DNA from: Octopus sinensis
Taxonomy: Eukaryota
Direction of reading: 5' to 3'
Assembly (NCBI RefSeq): GCF_006345805.1
Contig: NC_043013.1
Span: forward strand, 8,060,001 to 8,124,000
Length of the DNA: 64,000 nucleotides
The position numbers were made by a program, and so were the translations under genes. Shown here in pieces: positions 13,725-26,824 of the stretch (within the stretch, counting starts at the first letter, position 1; every line of letters begins with the position of its first letter). Under the pieces are notes generated by a model that saw nothing but the letters and a program-made list of their open reading frames with translations, was not told where the DNA came from and searched no databases.

Positions 13725-14129
13725 GGTGCAGGAGTGGCTGTGTGGTAAGTAGCTTGTTTACCAGCCACATAGTTCCGGGTTCAGTCCCACTGTGTGGCAC
13801 CTTGGGCAAGTGTCTTCTACTATAGCCTCGGGCCGACCAAAGCCTTGTGAGTGGATTTGGTAGACGGAAACTGAAAGAAGCCCGTCGTATATATGTATAT
13901 ATATATATGCATGTGTGTGTTTGTGTGAGTGTGTTTGTCCCCCTAGCATTGCTTGACAACCGATGCTGGCGTGTTTATGTCCCCGTCACTTAACAGTTCG
14001 GCAAAAGAGACCAATAGAATAAGTACTGGGCTTACAAAAGAATAAGTCCCGGGGTCGAGTTGCTCGATTAAAGGCGGTGCTCCAGCATGGCCGCAGTCAA
14101 ATGACTGAAACAAGTAAAAGAGTAAAGAG
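13725..14129 (+). mobile_element. SINE family A, full length
   Basis: 11-bp TSD TAAAGTGCATA (13714-13724, 14130-14140). Confidence 0.9.
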
Positions 14130-14366
14130 TAAAGTGCATAACTAGTAACAACAAATTACGGGATTACACTTTTCCCAAGGCGCCACCTGTCACAGCTTTG
14201 GAAACAATTACCTGGTTCTTGGTTCTAAGAGCTGAGCAGGTGGATTCTATGGGGTCACCTTCCACTAGCCATTATCTGCAGTGCCACCCTATCACCTTGC
14301 AGTAATGAAACTTTAATCACAACAACCTCCACCACTACTACAACCACAACAGCCACCATTATCACT

Positions 14367-14466
14367 NNNNNNNNNNNNNNNNNNNNNNNNNNNNNNNNNN
14401 NNNNNNNNNNNNNNNNNNNNNNNNNNNNNNNNNNNNNNNNNNNNNNNNNNNNNNNNNNNNNNNNNN
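14367..14466. other. Assembly gap (100 N)
   Basis: Run of 100 N; true distance unknown. Confidence 1.
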
Positions 14467-14889
14467 GCCTAGCGGGATGTACACCGATTTTATTGCTTGT
14501 TAAAGAAATCTGTTGTTACTGTATTAATAATATTTATTTGGTCAGTAAGTAAGTATTTTTTTGGTTTCTTATTTTGTCTCAGCACACCGAGTATAGTTCA
14601 GTTTTTGTATATTTATATTATATTGTGTGAATAAGGCAGTAGTCTTCTAGCTTTTCCATAAACTTCGTGAACTCTTTCGAGAATTCTTGCACTATGTTAT
14701 TATGATTGTTATTGTTTTGTTGTTTTGTTAATTATCTTTGTAATTACATACATACATTTCACATGTTCTTTCTATCTCTTTCTATACGCCTTCATCAAAC
14801 ACACACACACACATGCATACACATGAAAGATGTATACACACATATATGTGTGTGTATATCTGTATATATGCACCTGTGTGTGTGTATGT

Positions 14890-14898
14890 ATATATATC

Positions 14899-14939
<41 letters not shown>

Positions 14940-15034
14940 ATAATATATATAATGATATATATATAATATAATATATACACACACATGTAATATGTATGTG
15001 CATGTATATATATGTGTATACATATATGTGTGTG

Positions 15035-15087
<53 letters not shown>

Positions 15088-15115
15088 TGTGTATATATAT
15101 ACATATGTATATGCC

Positions 15116-15196
<81 letters not shown>

Positions 15197-15210
15197 TATC
15201 TACATACATG
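14890..15210. repeat. (TA)n-rich microsatellite
   Basis: Directly visible; similar tracts at about 24970-25260, 31505-31760 and 51330-51625. Confidence 0.95.
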
Positions 15211-15549
15211 ATTTGCTACAAATACACTTTTATATCTGTTTACCATTCTTTTTCCCTTTTACCGTGTTAGCAATGCAAACGATAAGATGTATTTAGACAG
15301 TTTGTCAGCATGTATAGAGGTTGAAAGAATAAGATTAGGAAGTGCATCTGTGTGTTGTGTTGTGTGTGTGTTTTCTTCGAGAGAAGCGAATCTGCAAGAA
15401 AGGGAAGAAGACGTATGGCAGATGTTGAAAGAAGAAGCTCTTTGAAAATGTAATTGTGAAGTGATTGCAATGATGGCAGAAGTTTAACAGCGGATTAGTT
15501 GTCATAATATATATATATATATTATATATATATATATAATATATATATA

Positions 15550-15592
<43 letters not shown>

Positions 15593-16730
15593 ATATATAT
15601 ATCTATATATATATATATAATATATATATATATACATATATATATAATATATATGAATAATACTAAAATAAAATAAATGTACTCAGACACTTGCATCTTG
15701 CATATGTATATACATTCATGCATGTATACATACAAACATGCATACTTACATGCACTCGTTTATCCTCCCACATGGTTATGCACATCTCACTACATGAGCA
15801 TTTACTATGCGTGTTTTCACCCATACCTAGATAGACTTGCCCTTTATCCTACATGTGTGTTTGTGTGTGTGTGTGTGTGTATAGTAGGGAGATGTTTATC
15901 ATTCTCTCATGTACACACATGCTTGAACATATTCGGATGTGGTGCATACGCATATATGAATGTATACATGTGCATGCATGCTCATGTTGTCTTCATTCAG
16001 TGTTATACACCCACTCAATTCAAACATGCAGATGTTTATTCACATAGACACATACACACGCACACACACGGACATTCATGCATCCTACCACATGCCTGTG
16101 CATACACACCTGCACATGTGAGGTGCATATGCATTAATGCATTCTCTTTTTGTTTGAGTTACACATATATAAACTACCACCATGCTTGTGTGTGTGTGTG
16201 AGTGTGTGCATGTGTGGACATGTGTGCTAGTAAGTCGTGCATGTCTGAACCCATGCTCACATGTGCATTGACAATCATGCTGACACCTACTCATGTTTTC
16301 ATGCATACATGCACATACGTTTGCACTTACACATGTACGCCTCTGATCCTTCACTCAGCAGAGATACGCCCACACATCGAAGCATTTAGATGGTCATTCA
16401 CTAAAACATACACACTTATGCATGCATTTATTCATGTATATACAAACACGCTTAAAGACACATACAATTATAAACACACACGCACACAAACATGCATGTG
16501 TGTGTACGCACGCACTCATACATAGACTCAAACACAAACATTTGTGTGAAATTATTGATATATAAGCATGAACACATCTGTTCAGACATGCTCTCACACA
16601 TGAAAAATTCATAACTGTCTACGCATGCATATATAATACGTGTGTCTATGTATGCATGTGTATGTGTGTGTATGCATATATATATCTATATATATATATA
16701 TATATATAAAGTAATAATAATAATAATAAC

Positions 16731-16764
<34 letters not shown>

Positions 16765-17398
16765 TGAGGGAATATTATTCCAAACTTACAGGGAAAAATT
16801 CAATTTAGAAATACTAAATCAAATTTCACAAAATATAATATATATATATTTATATATATACACATATTAATCAAAGTGTATAGTATTAGTATATATATCC
16901 ACCACAGCTGATCTTACCAATTGGTTTCACACTAGGAGTTCAACAGAATGTTAGGTAACAGTCCGATTATGTAACCCTGTGCTCATCAGAGGTAACCATT
17001 ATGGAATGAAATATGGCCACACAAACACACACTTATGAATATCTGGAAATAAAAATTCAACATGACTGGATTTTGACTCCATATTGTGGATGTATCTTCA
17101 ATTTCTAGTTATGTTGGAATCACAGATATATTTTTATACACACAACTTTTCTAACATATATTTATCTATTTATACATGCATATATATCCATATAAAGAAT
17201 TGATGTATACACAACAAAGAATAAATCCACAGCAATTAAGAGCTCAGTTTATGACAGATCATTCCACTTGTTTCGTGTTCTATCTGTTTTACATTGAAAC
17301 TAGCCAGATCCAGTCTTTCATGCCTACTCTACAATGTCACTTCAAAGATAAACACTCACATCATTGAAATCTTGAAGCTATGAGATAATGTATGATTA

Positions 17399-17793
17399 GG
17401 CGAAGGAGTGGCTGTGTGGTAAGTAGCTTGCTAACCAACCACATGGTTCCGGGTTCAGTCCCACTGCGTGGCATCTTGGGCAAGTGTCTTCTGCTATAGC
17501 CCCCGGGCCGACCAATGCCTTGTGAGTGGATTTGGTAGACGGAAACTGAAAGAAGCCTGTCGTATATATGTATATGTATGTGTGTGTTTGTGTGTCTGTG
17601 TTTGTCCCCCTAGCATTGCTTGACAACCGATGCTGGTGTGTTTACGTCCCCGTTACTTAGCAGTTCGGCAAAAGAGACCGATAGAATAAGTACTGGGCTT
17701 ACAAAAAGAAAAAGTACCGGGGTCGAGTTGCTCGATTAAAGGCGGTGCTCCAGCATGGCTGCAGTCAAATGACTGAAACAAGTAAAAGATAAA
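17399..17793 (+). mobile_element. SINE family A, full length
   Basis: A/B-box-like head and full body. Confidence 0.9.
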
Positions 17794-18481
17794 AGATTAT
17801 AGTTGTTTGGAGCCCTGAATAGGGGTCCCAAGGGCATGTAGATGCTTAGCCGCAATGGACCATCAGGGAACACTTACCCAAACCCCACCCTCCCAGTAAG
17901 TGAAAGATTTCCAGTGAGACAGAGAGAAAGAGACCTCCAGTAAGAGTGAGAGAGAGAGATTTCCGTGAGAGAGAGGGGGGTGGAGAAGAGATTTCAAGTA
18001 TTGGTGGCAGGGGTGGGAAAGGGTGGGTGCAATCACCGATATGAAGGGTCATTTTAAGGGTTATAGCAAATTATTTTAGAGAAAAGTATGGGATAAGTAT
18101 ATACAAGTATATAGCCAAGAGCAAGGTTAGTCATTTTAGGGGCAGAACAAACAAGAAAGAATTATTTTAGAGAAAAGATGGGTTTGAATGAATGAGACAA
18201 TTAAAAAAAAAAAACAAGGGAGATTCTTTGCTTAGCTGTACATATTTTCGAGTGTCATCGCCGAACACACGGACTAAACTAAACTAAACTAACGAAAGTC
18301 TGAGAGCATGAGGAACAGGTGTAGGGGCGACAGCCAGAAATGGACAAAGAGAAATAGCAGTGAGTGACCATCGCAATAAGAAATAAGAGATACAGACAGG
18401 AATGAAAGTGAACAGTATGAAATATGTATATATATATATCACCGACATGAAAGGTCATTTTTGGGTTATAGCAAATTAATA

Positions 18482-18528
<47 letters not shown>

Positions 18529-18607
18529 AGTAGGTGAATGAATTATCACTGGTGGTCACCATGTAGGCAATCATCAAAACTTTTGTCGTCTTGTGGCTGA
18601 AAGAGGC

Positions 18608-18702
18608 TCCTTATCTTTCCTGATGAGAAGATGGCATAATGCCCATTTATTCCTTCGGAATTAAAAGTATGCCGTCTTCGAACATGTGTCGAGAGTAAAG
18701 GA
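18608..18702 (+). ncRNA. Type I hammerhead-ribozyme-like motif, core GAAA reads GAAC
   Basis: CTTTC-CTGATGA-[12-bp stem GAAGATGGCATA/TATGCCGTCTTC]-GAAC-ATGT-GTC-GAGAG. Confidence 0.55.
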
Positions 18703-19014
18703 ATGTTGTTAAAACTTCGTTCGACTCCATTCTTTCATTTATTCATATATAATTTATATAATATATCACATAATAATAAATATAATACACATATGCATAT
18801 ATACATAAATATATGTACGTACCTCCATCTATATGTATATATACATGCATATATGGGTACAGGACACCAAAAAAGCGTAGAACACAATGAGAAACAAAAA
18901 CATAAAAACAAAACCATGGTAACGGACATTTTTTTACACACATATATACTTTTGTATTGTCACTGTTTCCCTTTTAGAGCATGCTTTTTCTGACTCATTG
19001 ATGACTAACTGATA

Positions 19015-19051
<37 letters not shown>

Positions 19052-19561
19052 GAAGGGAAGGAAGCAATAACTTGCGATACCAATGCTACACCCTAACAAA
19101 GTCTTTGCAGAACAATTGCAATGAAATGACTTTGTATGAAAATTATAAGGTTTTCTATTTTAAGCTTTGTTGGGAGTCACTAACTGTAATAACACTCGTC
19201 AATGCAACCCCACCACACACTGATATACTTATGCGCAAGACAAGGAACCAGTCTTAGGTAGGACACCTTATACCTGAAAAGGTAAAAAAAAAAAAAATTG
19301 TCTTATCATGGCTGGTAAGCAGAGGCATGCTCAATCTCACCTGATTTGGTTTATATAATAACAGACTAATTCAGACTGCATGAGTGCCATGTTTGCTCTC
19401 TTGGAATTTATTTGAATTATCCTTCGCAGAATATTAGGTGGTTATTAACAAATTGACAAAGATTTTCTTGTTTGTGTTTCTGACTGCTGTTTCTGGGCTT
19501 TGTGTACATATGGATATATGTGTGAATATATGTAAAAGTATATATTTTTTTTTTTTACGTG

Positions 19562-19950
19562 TTTCTGTCATCTTGACTGCGGCCATGCTGGAGCACTGCC
19601 TTTAATCGAGCAAATCGACCCCAGGACTTATTCTTTGTAAGCCTAGTACTTATGCTATCGGTTTCTTTTGCCAAACCGCTAAGTGACGGGGACATAAACA
19701 CACCAGCATCGGTTGTCAATCAATGCTAGGGGGACAAACACAGACTCACAAACATACACACACACACATATATATATACATATATACGACGGGCTTCTTT
19801 CAGTTTCTGTCTACCAAATCCACTCACAAGGCTTTGGTCAGCCTGAGGCTATAGTAGAAGACACTTGCCCAAGGTGCCATGCAGTGGGACTGAACCCGGA
19901 ACCATGTGGTTGGTAAACAAGCTACTTACCACACAGCCACTCCTGCGCCT
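19562..19950 (-). mobile_element. SINE family A, full length
   Basis: Reverse-complement homology. Confidence 0.9.
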
Positions 19951-20094
19951 ATGTGTGCTTACAATAGGGAATTTAATATGTTCCTTCCTCAGTAGGGATT
20001 GGTGTATATATGTAAATGACTATGCATGCATATAATGACATAACATTATAACTTATGATGTGCGTGTTTGAATGTGTGTGTGTATGTGCGTATA

Positions 20095-20900
20095 CACATC
20101 ATTGTCTGTTGTGCATGCTGGCATGGGTTGGACAGTTTGACCAGGGCTGGCAAGCTGGAAGGCTGCACCAGACTCCAGTCTGATTTGGCATGGTTTCTAT
20201 GGCTGGATGCCCTTCCTAATGCCATCCACTCTGAGGGTGTAATGGGTGCTTTTATGTGCCACCGGCATGGGTGCCATTTGTGTGACACCACTGCCATGAC
20301 TGTGGTTTTACTTGGCTTCATGGGTCTTCTTCTCAAGCATAGCATAATGCCAAATAGACTTGTTGTTGCCGCTATGTGGCCCAATGCACAAAAGCTACTT
20401 TTACGTGCCACCGGCATGGGTGCCATTTGTGTGACACCACTGCCATGATTGTGGTTTTACTTGGCTTCATGGGTTTTCTTCTCAAGCATAGCATAATGCC
20501 AAATAGACTTGTTGTTGCCGCTATGTGGCCAACCACAAAAGCTACTTTTACGTGCCACCGGCATGGGTGCATTTGTGTGACACCACTGCCATGATTGTGG
20601 TTTTACTTGGCTTCATGGGTCTTCTTCTCAAGCATAGCATAATGCCAAATAGACTTGTTGTTGCCGCTATGTGGCCCAATGCACAAAAGCTACTTTTACG
20701 TGCCACCGGCATGGGTGCCATTTGCATGACACTGGTATCTGCCATGACTGGGATTTTACTTGGCTTCATGGGTCTTCTTCTCACACACAATATAATGCCA
20801 AAGGTCATGGTCATTGCATCTGTGAGGCCCAACATTCTAAAGGAACTCAACCACTTTGCCTCTGTAAGGCTCAATGCTTGAAAAGTGCTTTTTACATAGC
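20095..20900 (-). mobile_element. (TGA)n-tailed-family element carrying a 147-149-bp internal tandem array (about 4 units)
   Basis: Unit anchor GCCACCGGCATGG at 20258, 20407, 20554 and 20702. Confidence 0.75.
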
Positions 20901-21203
20901 ACCTGTACAGGTGCTGGTTACGTGACACTAGCCTCAGCCGTAAAGGCTTGACAGGTCTTCGCAAGCATTTCAATTGGCTTATATATATATAGACACCACA
21001 CTCACACACACCTAGGTGAGTATTGTAGTTTGCTTGAAGCATTGTGCATTCTTTGTAAAGAATAAAAAGATTATAGCAGCGACTCCATCTAAGAATATCT
21101 GAAGAAGGAATTTTATTCCGAAATATTATCAGACTATGGATAACTAAATTACAACCAGTAAACAGCCCATTGTCTCTATTATAGTGCATTGTTGTACCAT
21201 TAC

Positions 21204-21597
21204 TCTTTTACTTATTTCAGTCATTTGACTGTGGCCATGCTGGAGCACCGCCTTTAGTCGAGCAAATCGACCCCAGGACTTATTCTTTGTAAGCCTAGTA
21301 CTTATTCTATCGGCCTCTTTTGCCAAACAGCTAAGTTACGGGAACATAAACACACCAGCATCGGTTGTCAAGCAATGCTAGGGAGACAAACACAGACACA
21401 CAAACATACACACACACACACACATATATATATATACGACGGGCTTCTTTCAGTTTCTGTCTACCAAATCCACTCACAAGGCTTTGGTCGGCCTGAGGCT
21501 GTAGTAGAAGACACTTACCCAAGGTGCCATGCAGTGGGACTGAACCCAGAACCATGTGGTTGGTAAGCAAGCTACTTACCACACAGCCACTCCTGCG
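21204..21597 (-). mobile_element. SINE family A, full length
   Basis: Reverse-complement homology. Confidence 0.9.
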
Positions 21598-22205
21598 TCA
21601 TTCAAAACTTTTTATTCTTTACACACATATAGATATCATCATCGCCATTTAATGTCCATTTTCCATACTGGCATGGGTTTTGACAATTTGACTGGAGTAG
21701 GCAGGCCAGAGGGCAGCACCAGGCTCTAACTGTATGTTTTGATAAGGTTTCTAAGGCTGGATGCCCGTCCTAATGCCATCCTCTTTACAGAGTGTACCAG
21801 GTGCTATTACAAGTTACGTGGTGCTGCACAGGAGCTCTGTTATGTGATGCTGGCATGAGTACTCTTTTATGCGGCATTGGCACAGGTGATTCTTCTATGT
21901 GGTGCCAGCGTGGATGTTCTTTCACATGGCACCTGCAAGGGTGCTTTTTTACAGGGCACAGCATGGAGTACTGGCTCTCCTCTACATGGTAGTGGCACAG
22001 GTGAATTTTTATGAGAGTGATAATGTCACAGGTGTTTACCTACATATCTGTACTCTTTCCTCTGTGAGGGCTGGCCATAAAAACAATACCAAAACAGACA
22101 CAGCACCATGGTGTAGTCTTCTACCTGGCTGGCTCTTGCTAAACCATTCAACCCATGACAGCATGGAAAGCATATGTTAATATTTTAAATGATAATGATG
22201 ATTAT

Positions 22206-22240
<35 letters not shown>

Positions 22241-22340
22241 GATAGTCACCATGATAGATCGTTAGCCACTACACACATTTTTTTCTCTCCTTTTTCTCTC
22301 CTTTTTCTCTCTTGTTTCTCTCCTTGTTTTTTCTGTGTAC

Positions 22341-22376
22341 CTTTCTGTAGAAGAGCATAGGCTCGAAACGTAAAAG
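22341..22376 (+). ncRNA. Minimal hammerhead-like motif in a (TA)n-flanked module of about 230 bp
   Basis: CTTT-CTGTAGA-A-GAGC/ATAG/GCTC-GAAAC-GTA-AAAG. Confidence 0.55.
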
Positions 22377-22727
22377 ACTTTTTCTATTCCTGAGCACTAT
22401 ACTATTACATTTGTTTGTTTTGTACACCACCTGTCTTCATCTTTTGTTTTTTCGTAAACTCTCCCTATATATATATATTATATATATATATATACCCCTC
22501 TCTCTCTTTCGGAGAGGCACTGAGCAGCTATACGCACACATACACACACGGCAGTAACATCCACCTACCGAATTCAATCACAAAGCTCCGGTCGGCTCGG
22601 GGCTATAGTGGAAGACACCTACCCAAAGTGCCATGCGGTGGGACTGAACCCGAATCCATGTAGCTAGGAAGCAAGCTCCCTAACCACACAGCCATACCCG
22701 CTATATATATATATATATATATATACA

Positions 22728-22968
22728 CAGGATGGCCCAAAAATTGGTTTACAGTTATTCAACTTTCACTTTTGCATTCATATATTAACAGTTTAAATCT
22801 TAATTATAAAGAAAAAAAACATGAAACCATTATTCTATGCTAATTTAGTGAATTTTGTCAAGCTCCCTTTTCAGTTTCTAAGATAGAAATTTAAATGTAA
22901 TAAAATGTTTTAAAAAGAAATTTGAAGTGCTTACATGTTATCTGTGAACCTACTTTTGGGCCACCCTG
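22728..22968. mobile_element. Tc1/mariner-type MITE
   Basis: TIRs CAGGATGGCCCAAAAATTGGTTTACAG and CTGTGAACCTACTTTTGGGCCACCCTG; TA on the right flank. Confidence 0.75.
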
Positions 22969-23313
22969 TATATGACGATGATGGACACTCCCATCAAAGG
23001 TAACATATGAGGGTTCAGCTTTTGGCTGAATGACCTGCACAAATCATTTGTTTATAGTGATCAAATGTATGTGTTGTACATTAGCTCACTCCCTACAGCA
23101 AATTGACATTAGCTGAACAGGTGCACAGTGTGTACCACACGTCAGATGTCAAAGTGATTACGGAACAAAATGAGATGAAGTGCTTTGCTCAAGGAACATA
23201 TTGCAGCACATATTGTGTATCTTATCACATGAATTCATTTATGTTCAATGGAGTGATACAAAAACAATTGTAACTAATTTTTTTTTGTCTTATTACATGT
23301 CATCATCATCATC

Positions 23314-23357
<44 letters not shown>

Positions 23358-23397
23358 TTCATCATCATCGTCGTTTAACGTCCGTTTTCCACACTCA

Positions 23398-23712
23398 TCA
23401 TCATTGTTCGACCGTGGTCGAGACAATGGAATTTACCATGCTACGCCAGACTTCATGGTCCATCATGGCATTACGGAGGTCCTGTTGCTGGATGCCTGTA
23501 TCCCTGGAGATTACATCAGGGTAGGAGAAAGTGCGCCCTCTGGTATCGCGAGCAGATGGCTTCCAGAGGAGAAGAGTAGAAATTACCTTGTTTTCAGCTC
23601 TACAACAATGTCCAGCAAACTGGACTCTCCTACCTTTCACAAGAGATGACACAGGTGGTAGTTTCCCATATATTTGCATTTTGGTTGGATGGCGCTTCCA
23701 CGAGAGATTTTG
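23398..23712 (-). mobile_element. RTE-clade LINE 3' fragment
   Basis: RRVQFAGHCCRAENKVISTLLLWKPSARDTRGRTFSYPDVISRD...WRSMV followed by a (TGA)n tail. Confidence 0.8.
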
Positions 23713-24155
23713 AGCTCTCATAGATACACACACATACATACATTCACACTTATCTATATATATATATATGTACACACATACAATAGGCTTCTTTTAGTTT
23801 CTATCAAATTCACTCACAAAGCTTTGGTTGGCCCAGCGCTATGAGATGACACTTGCTAGCAATGCCATGCAGTGAGACTGAACACAAAACCACGTGGTTG
23901 AGAAGAAAATTCCCACGCACACAGCCATGCTTGTTTACATACATAGACATGTGCATATACATGCATGCATGCATACATACATACATACATACATATATAC
24001 ATACATACAAATGTATGTATGTACATTTATAGATTCATATTTTTTTATATCAGAAAATACAGGAAATTCTTTAATCATTCATTTTATACACATTCACACA
24101 TGCACAACACGCATACACGCACGTGTATTTATATGTATGTTTGTGTGAATGTGTA

Positions 24156-24186
<31 letters not shown>

Positions 24187-24372
24187 ATGCAAACATGTAC
24201 ACACACGCATATGTGTATGCATGCATGTATATATAAGTTCATATTTTTTTTATACCGCAAAATTACCAGAATTTCTCTAATTACATCTTTTATTTTATCT
24301 CTGTCTCTCTCTCTCTGTACATATGTGTGAGTGTGTGTGTGTGTATGTATCTGAGTATGTGTGAGTGTGTGT

Positions 24373-24411
<39 letters not shown>

Positions 24412-24993
24412 CGTGTGCACACTCTTGTGTACATACATATATGCATGTTTATATATATATATTTATTTATTTTTTTTTATATATATTTTTTTATACATCA
24501 TAGAATTACAAGAGTTTCTCTAATTATGTGTGTCCTTTATTCTTAGATTTATTATGCTCCCCCGCCTCCTTTTCCGTCTATTTTTAAGTCATACTTCATT
24601 TATTATATATTTCATTAAGGTTATTCGATTAACTCCTCAGCTGTATCAAGTTTATTCAATATCCTTCACTCCTTTGCTCAAATTTCTCAAATATCCCATT
24701 TTTCTGCTATACAATGGCACTTCAATTTTTTTTTTTTTGTTTTGTTAATTCTTCAGATATTTTCTTCATCCCATTGAAAGAACAAAAAAGAAAAAAAAAA
24801 GAAAAAGAAAGAAAAACTTTATCGTGAAGATTCCATATAGAAATCTTTCCTCATCATTTGTTTCCCAATTTTTACTTCATTATCTCAAAGAATGCCTTGT
24901 CTGGGATACTATTTCAGTGGATAGGTTTCAAATCTCTTTCATTAGTTTCATTTATTGATCCCACTGCTTTTGATTTATACATACATACATGCA

Positions 24994-25029
<36 letters not shown>

Positions 25030-25141
25030 ATATATTATATAATATATATAACATATGTAATATATATTATATATATATATATATTATATTATATTTATAT
25101 ATTATATATAACTTATATATATATATATATTATATATATTT

Positions 25142-25172
<31 letters not shown>

Positions 25173-25215
25173 GTATATATACATACATATACATATACAT
25201 AATATATGATGATAT

Positions 25216-25256
<41 letters not shown>

Positions 25257-25543
25257 ATGATGATATATATGTACAAAGAGAGACAGAGAGAGAGAGGGTG
25301 TGTGAGAGAGAGAGAGAGAGAGAGAGTGCAACATAATGTTATTAACAGTTTTTGCCGGACAGTTTAAATATGATCAAGGTATTGTTATTATTCCTTTCAT
25401 TATTGCTATTGTCATCGTTGTCATCGTCGTCATCATCATCATCATCAACATAATCATCAACATAATCACCATTGTGTTTGTTTATGTTTTTTTCTGTTTT
25501 GGGGAAATTTGCTTTCATCCCTGTGTTTTTCATTAAAACTTAC

Positions 25544-25682
25544 CGTCTTTATTATGTTGCCCGTTTGTCTCAGCACTGTCTGACTTACCAAATACAACAA
25601 TAGCTATTTTCTTCAAACAATTATACACCTTTTCTTCAACGATTCTATAAAGGAGGCCATGCCGTAATAAATTGATAAATAG
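25544..25682 (-). CDS. Candidate coding exon of an unidentified gene, two in-frame donors
   Basis: Acceptor TTTTGTTTTATATATATACATAG; only one frame open: LFINLLRHGLLYRIVEEKVYNCLKKIAIVVF(G); GTAAGT donors after 25589 and after 25544 (45 nt apart). Confidence 0.4.
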
Positions 25683-26787
25683 CTATGTATATATATAAAA
25701 CAAAAATATGTTAATTTCAGTATTACTTGTCTTTTATTCTTTGCTATAAATTCTTTGAATTCTGCAGGAAAAAAAGAATATTCCTTTCTTTTCATACAGA
25801 TTCCCATAAAACTCTGCTAACATGATGGCGTCTTTGAAAATAAATCATTCCAACAGAATGGCTATTTAAAATTCTGCAACCATGAATTTCATAATGTCAT
25901 TATTAGTATTCTTGGAATGATTCTTAATTTTAAAATTTCTTCTGCTTCCACCATTTATTGAAAACTGGCAGGAATAAAAGAGATTGGAAGAGTCAATTTA
26001 ATGGCTGTCTTTTGCTGTATATGTATATGTATGTTATAGTCATATGTACATACTTACATACATACATATGTATGTATATACATACATACATATACATACA
26101 TACATACATATTACGTGCTATAAATTTTTATAATTTCTTTAGAACAATAGTCATAGAATGGTTAATGTGCTGGATTCTTTGAGAGATTTTCGGTAATCGC
26201 AGGCAGAACCTTGTATCTTTAGGCACGACATTCCACTCTGCTTTTTACTTTGAAGTAAGCCACTTCTAAATATTGCATGATTCATGCACACATACACCCA
26301 TATATATTGTCATCATCATCATCATCCTCATCATCATTCTTACGACCACTTTTCCATGCTTGCATGGATTAATCAGAGTTTATTCAGGCAGATTTTCCAT
26401 GGCCAGATACCCATCCTGTTGTCAATTCTCACCTGTTTCCAAGTAAGATGATATTTCCCCATGGCCAGACATGTTTTTGCAGAATATTGATATTGGAAAT
26501 GAATGAGATAGCTTGCATGGCAGAACGTCCAATATCTGGAGAAAGAAGGTGAGATGGATATAACTAGAATACCTGTTGCTATAAGTTTTCTCATCCAGAG
26601 CTGATCTGGGCCAAAACTGCTGGTGTGATGGTGACATTTAGAGCTATGTAATGTCAAAACAAGGATACACATGCATGTGAATACCTACATACATACCCAT
26701 GCATACTCACATGCATACATATATGTATGTGTGTGTGTGTGTGTGTGTGTATTCATGTGTGTGTATATATATATGTATAGATATATA

Positions 26788-26824
<37 letters not shown>

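Noticed and set aside
15378-15450. Plus-strand purine-rich segment (EANLQEREEDVWQMLKEEAL*)
   Set aside because: Weak splice sites and both open frames stop quickly
20046-21189. 126-213 aa ORFs with repeated peptides
   Set aside because: Produced by the 149-bp tandem array inside a non-autonomous element; no recognisable domain
25727-25761. Mini-exon EFKEFIAKNKRQ upstream of 25682
   Set aside because: Would require a 44-nt intron, implausibly short without transcript evidence
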